A DNA stretch of 50,092 nt from Nemertoderma westbladi (lineage: Eukaryota; Animalia; Xenacoelomorpha). Below, in pieces: positions 48,698 to 50,092 of the stretch. The stretch's first letter is position 1. Each line of letters opens with the position of its first letter. The translations under genes were made by a program, and so were the position numbers. The stretch lies in contig JAUCBJ010009080.1 in NCBI GenBank assembly GCA_032718475.1, positions 1 to 50,092 on the forward strand, given 5' to 3'. Below the pieces are notes generated by a model. It did no database searches, had not been told where the DNA came from, and saw only the letters and a program-made list of their open reading frames with translations.

Positions 48698-49153
48698 TGC
48701 AAAGGTGTAAACGTTAGGCCGACAACCAACAACCATTATTAGCACTAATTAATGGTAATTATAAATGAGTGTAAATGAACAGGTTACAGCGGAAGGTCAT
48801 TTTAACCAAAACAATAAACGAGAGTCATTAGCACAGGTTTCAGTTTCAAATTCAGCTGTGGTTGTTGGATAACGGCGTGGCATTTGCCACTTTGCATTAA
48901 TTAAAACTGTTTTATAACAAAAAAATTAAAATGAATGGATATCGCCCTGTTGTAATACAAAACTGCAAAATTAAAGGGTGTAAAAACGCCGACAATTGAC
49001 AACCAACGCCGACAACCATTGTTAAAACAAATTAATCGGATCGGGTTACAGTGGAAGGTTATTCTAACCAAAACAATAAACAAGAGTCGCGAACTCAGGA
49101 TACATTTTCATACTTCCCATTGTTAGCAGTGGTTGTCGGCGTAGCGTTTACAC
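48698..49153. mobile_element. Two degenerate head-to-tail copies of a ~180-bp inverted-repeat (MITE-like) element
   Basis: GTGTAAACGTTAGGCCGACAACC (48705-48727) matches the reverse complement of 49131-49153 at 21/23. The internal block GGTTACAG(C/T)GGAAGGT(C/T)ATT(T/C)TAACCAAAACAATAAAC is present at 48782 and 49044. Degenerate inner ends lie at ~48860-48896 and ~48978-49000. Confidence 0.6.
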
Positions 49154-49530
49154 ACAAAATTAAATGAACAATTATATATATACCGGTAATAATAAATTAC
49201 CAAAAAATCTTTGTAAACAATACCAATAAAAAAAAAACCAATGCATATATCCAGCGGGGTTGATAAGCACATAATTGTGTTTCTTATTTAACTTTAGTAG
49301 TTATATCTCGGTAAGAGGTTGAACTAAGAAGTAAATTGAGATTAATTGGTATTTATTACAATAAATTATACATTACAGTACTAGAAATTTAATTTAAATT
49401 TGTTAAAATTACAAAACGTAAATTACGTAAATTGCAAAAATTATTACTATATATTAATTTATTGCATTAGTGGCCGAGGATAATATTTCATTCGTAAAGT
49501 TGTCCCAGCAATAAAATTCGTAGGCGCAGT

Positions 49531-50030
49531 CAATAATTTGTACGTGTCGTGTAGTCGATGCAGTGGTTAAACTCATTTCCACGATCAATAATTCGTACGC
49601 GGCGTCGTCGCAGCGGTTAAACTCATTTCCACGATCAATAATTCGTATGCGGCGTCGTCGCAGTGGTTAAACTCATTGCCACGATCAATAATTTAAACGC
49701 GGCGTCGTCGCAGCGGTTAAACTCATTGTCGCGGAGGATAGTTTGTACGCGGTGTCGTCGCAGTGGTTAAACTCATTTTCACGGAGGATAATTTGTACGC
49801 GGCGTCGACGCAGGGGTTAAACTCATTTACACGGAGGATAATTCGTACACGGCATCGACGCAGCGGTTAAACTCATTTCCACGGAGGATAATTCGTACGC
49901 GGCGTCGATGCAGCGGTTAAACTCATTGACACGGAGGATAATTCGTACGCTGAGTTGACGCAGTGGTTAAACTCATTGCCATGCTCGATAATTCGTATGC
50001 AGAGTCGATGCACCAGTTAAACTCATCGTC
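49531..50030. repeat. CpG-rich 50-bp minisatellite (~10 copies)
   Basis: CAG(T/C)GGTTAAACTCATT recurs at 49561, 49611, 49661 and onward to ~50011. Monomer is approximately CAGCGGTTAAACTCATTTCCACGGAGGATAATTCGTACGCGGCGTCGTCG. Confidence 0.93.
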
Positions 50031-50092
50031 ACAGCTATGAAACATCATCAGTGAGTTGGGGCATCATCCAGAGAATATTCCTAGCCTTCAAA

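Noticed and set aside
1640-49261. 10-bp inverted match AACCCCGCTG (~1640) and CAGCGGGGTT (~49252) as possible giant terminal inverted repeats
   Set aside because: Too short, does not extend cleanly and has no target-site duplication; compatible with chance.

Overview
AT-rich eukaryotic, probably invertebrate, genomic DNA; nothing supports bacterial genes, rRNA, tRNA or CRISPR. The only credible protein gene is an intact, intron-free 9.0-kb ORF (ATG 16666 to TAA 25710, 3014 aa). It encodes a divergent Helitron/Helentron-class rolling-circle transposase with this domain order: CCHC zinc knuckle, Glu/Gln repeat tract, OTU cysteine protease, long Cys/His-rich unknown region, HUH-Y2 Rep, PIF1-type helicase and a C-terminal SLX1-like GIY-YIG nuclease. 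The GIY-YIG domain sits where Helentrons normally carry an AP endonuclease. The gene is embedded in about 30 kb of tandem repeats: a 55-bp array upstream (2077-bp higher-order repeat), and related 96/94-bp, 104-bp and 106/107-bp arrays downstream that end in an (AGGT)n microsatellite. The best candidate for a novel system is a giant (possibly ~43 kb) satellite-carrying rolling-circle element with a structure-specific nuclease. Its termini could not be identified from this window. The flanks contain small MITE-like elements and a 50-bp CpG-rich minisatellite. The other ORFs in the track appear to be repeat-derived or chance ORFs.
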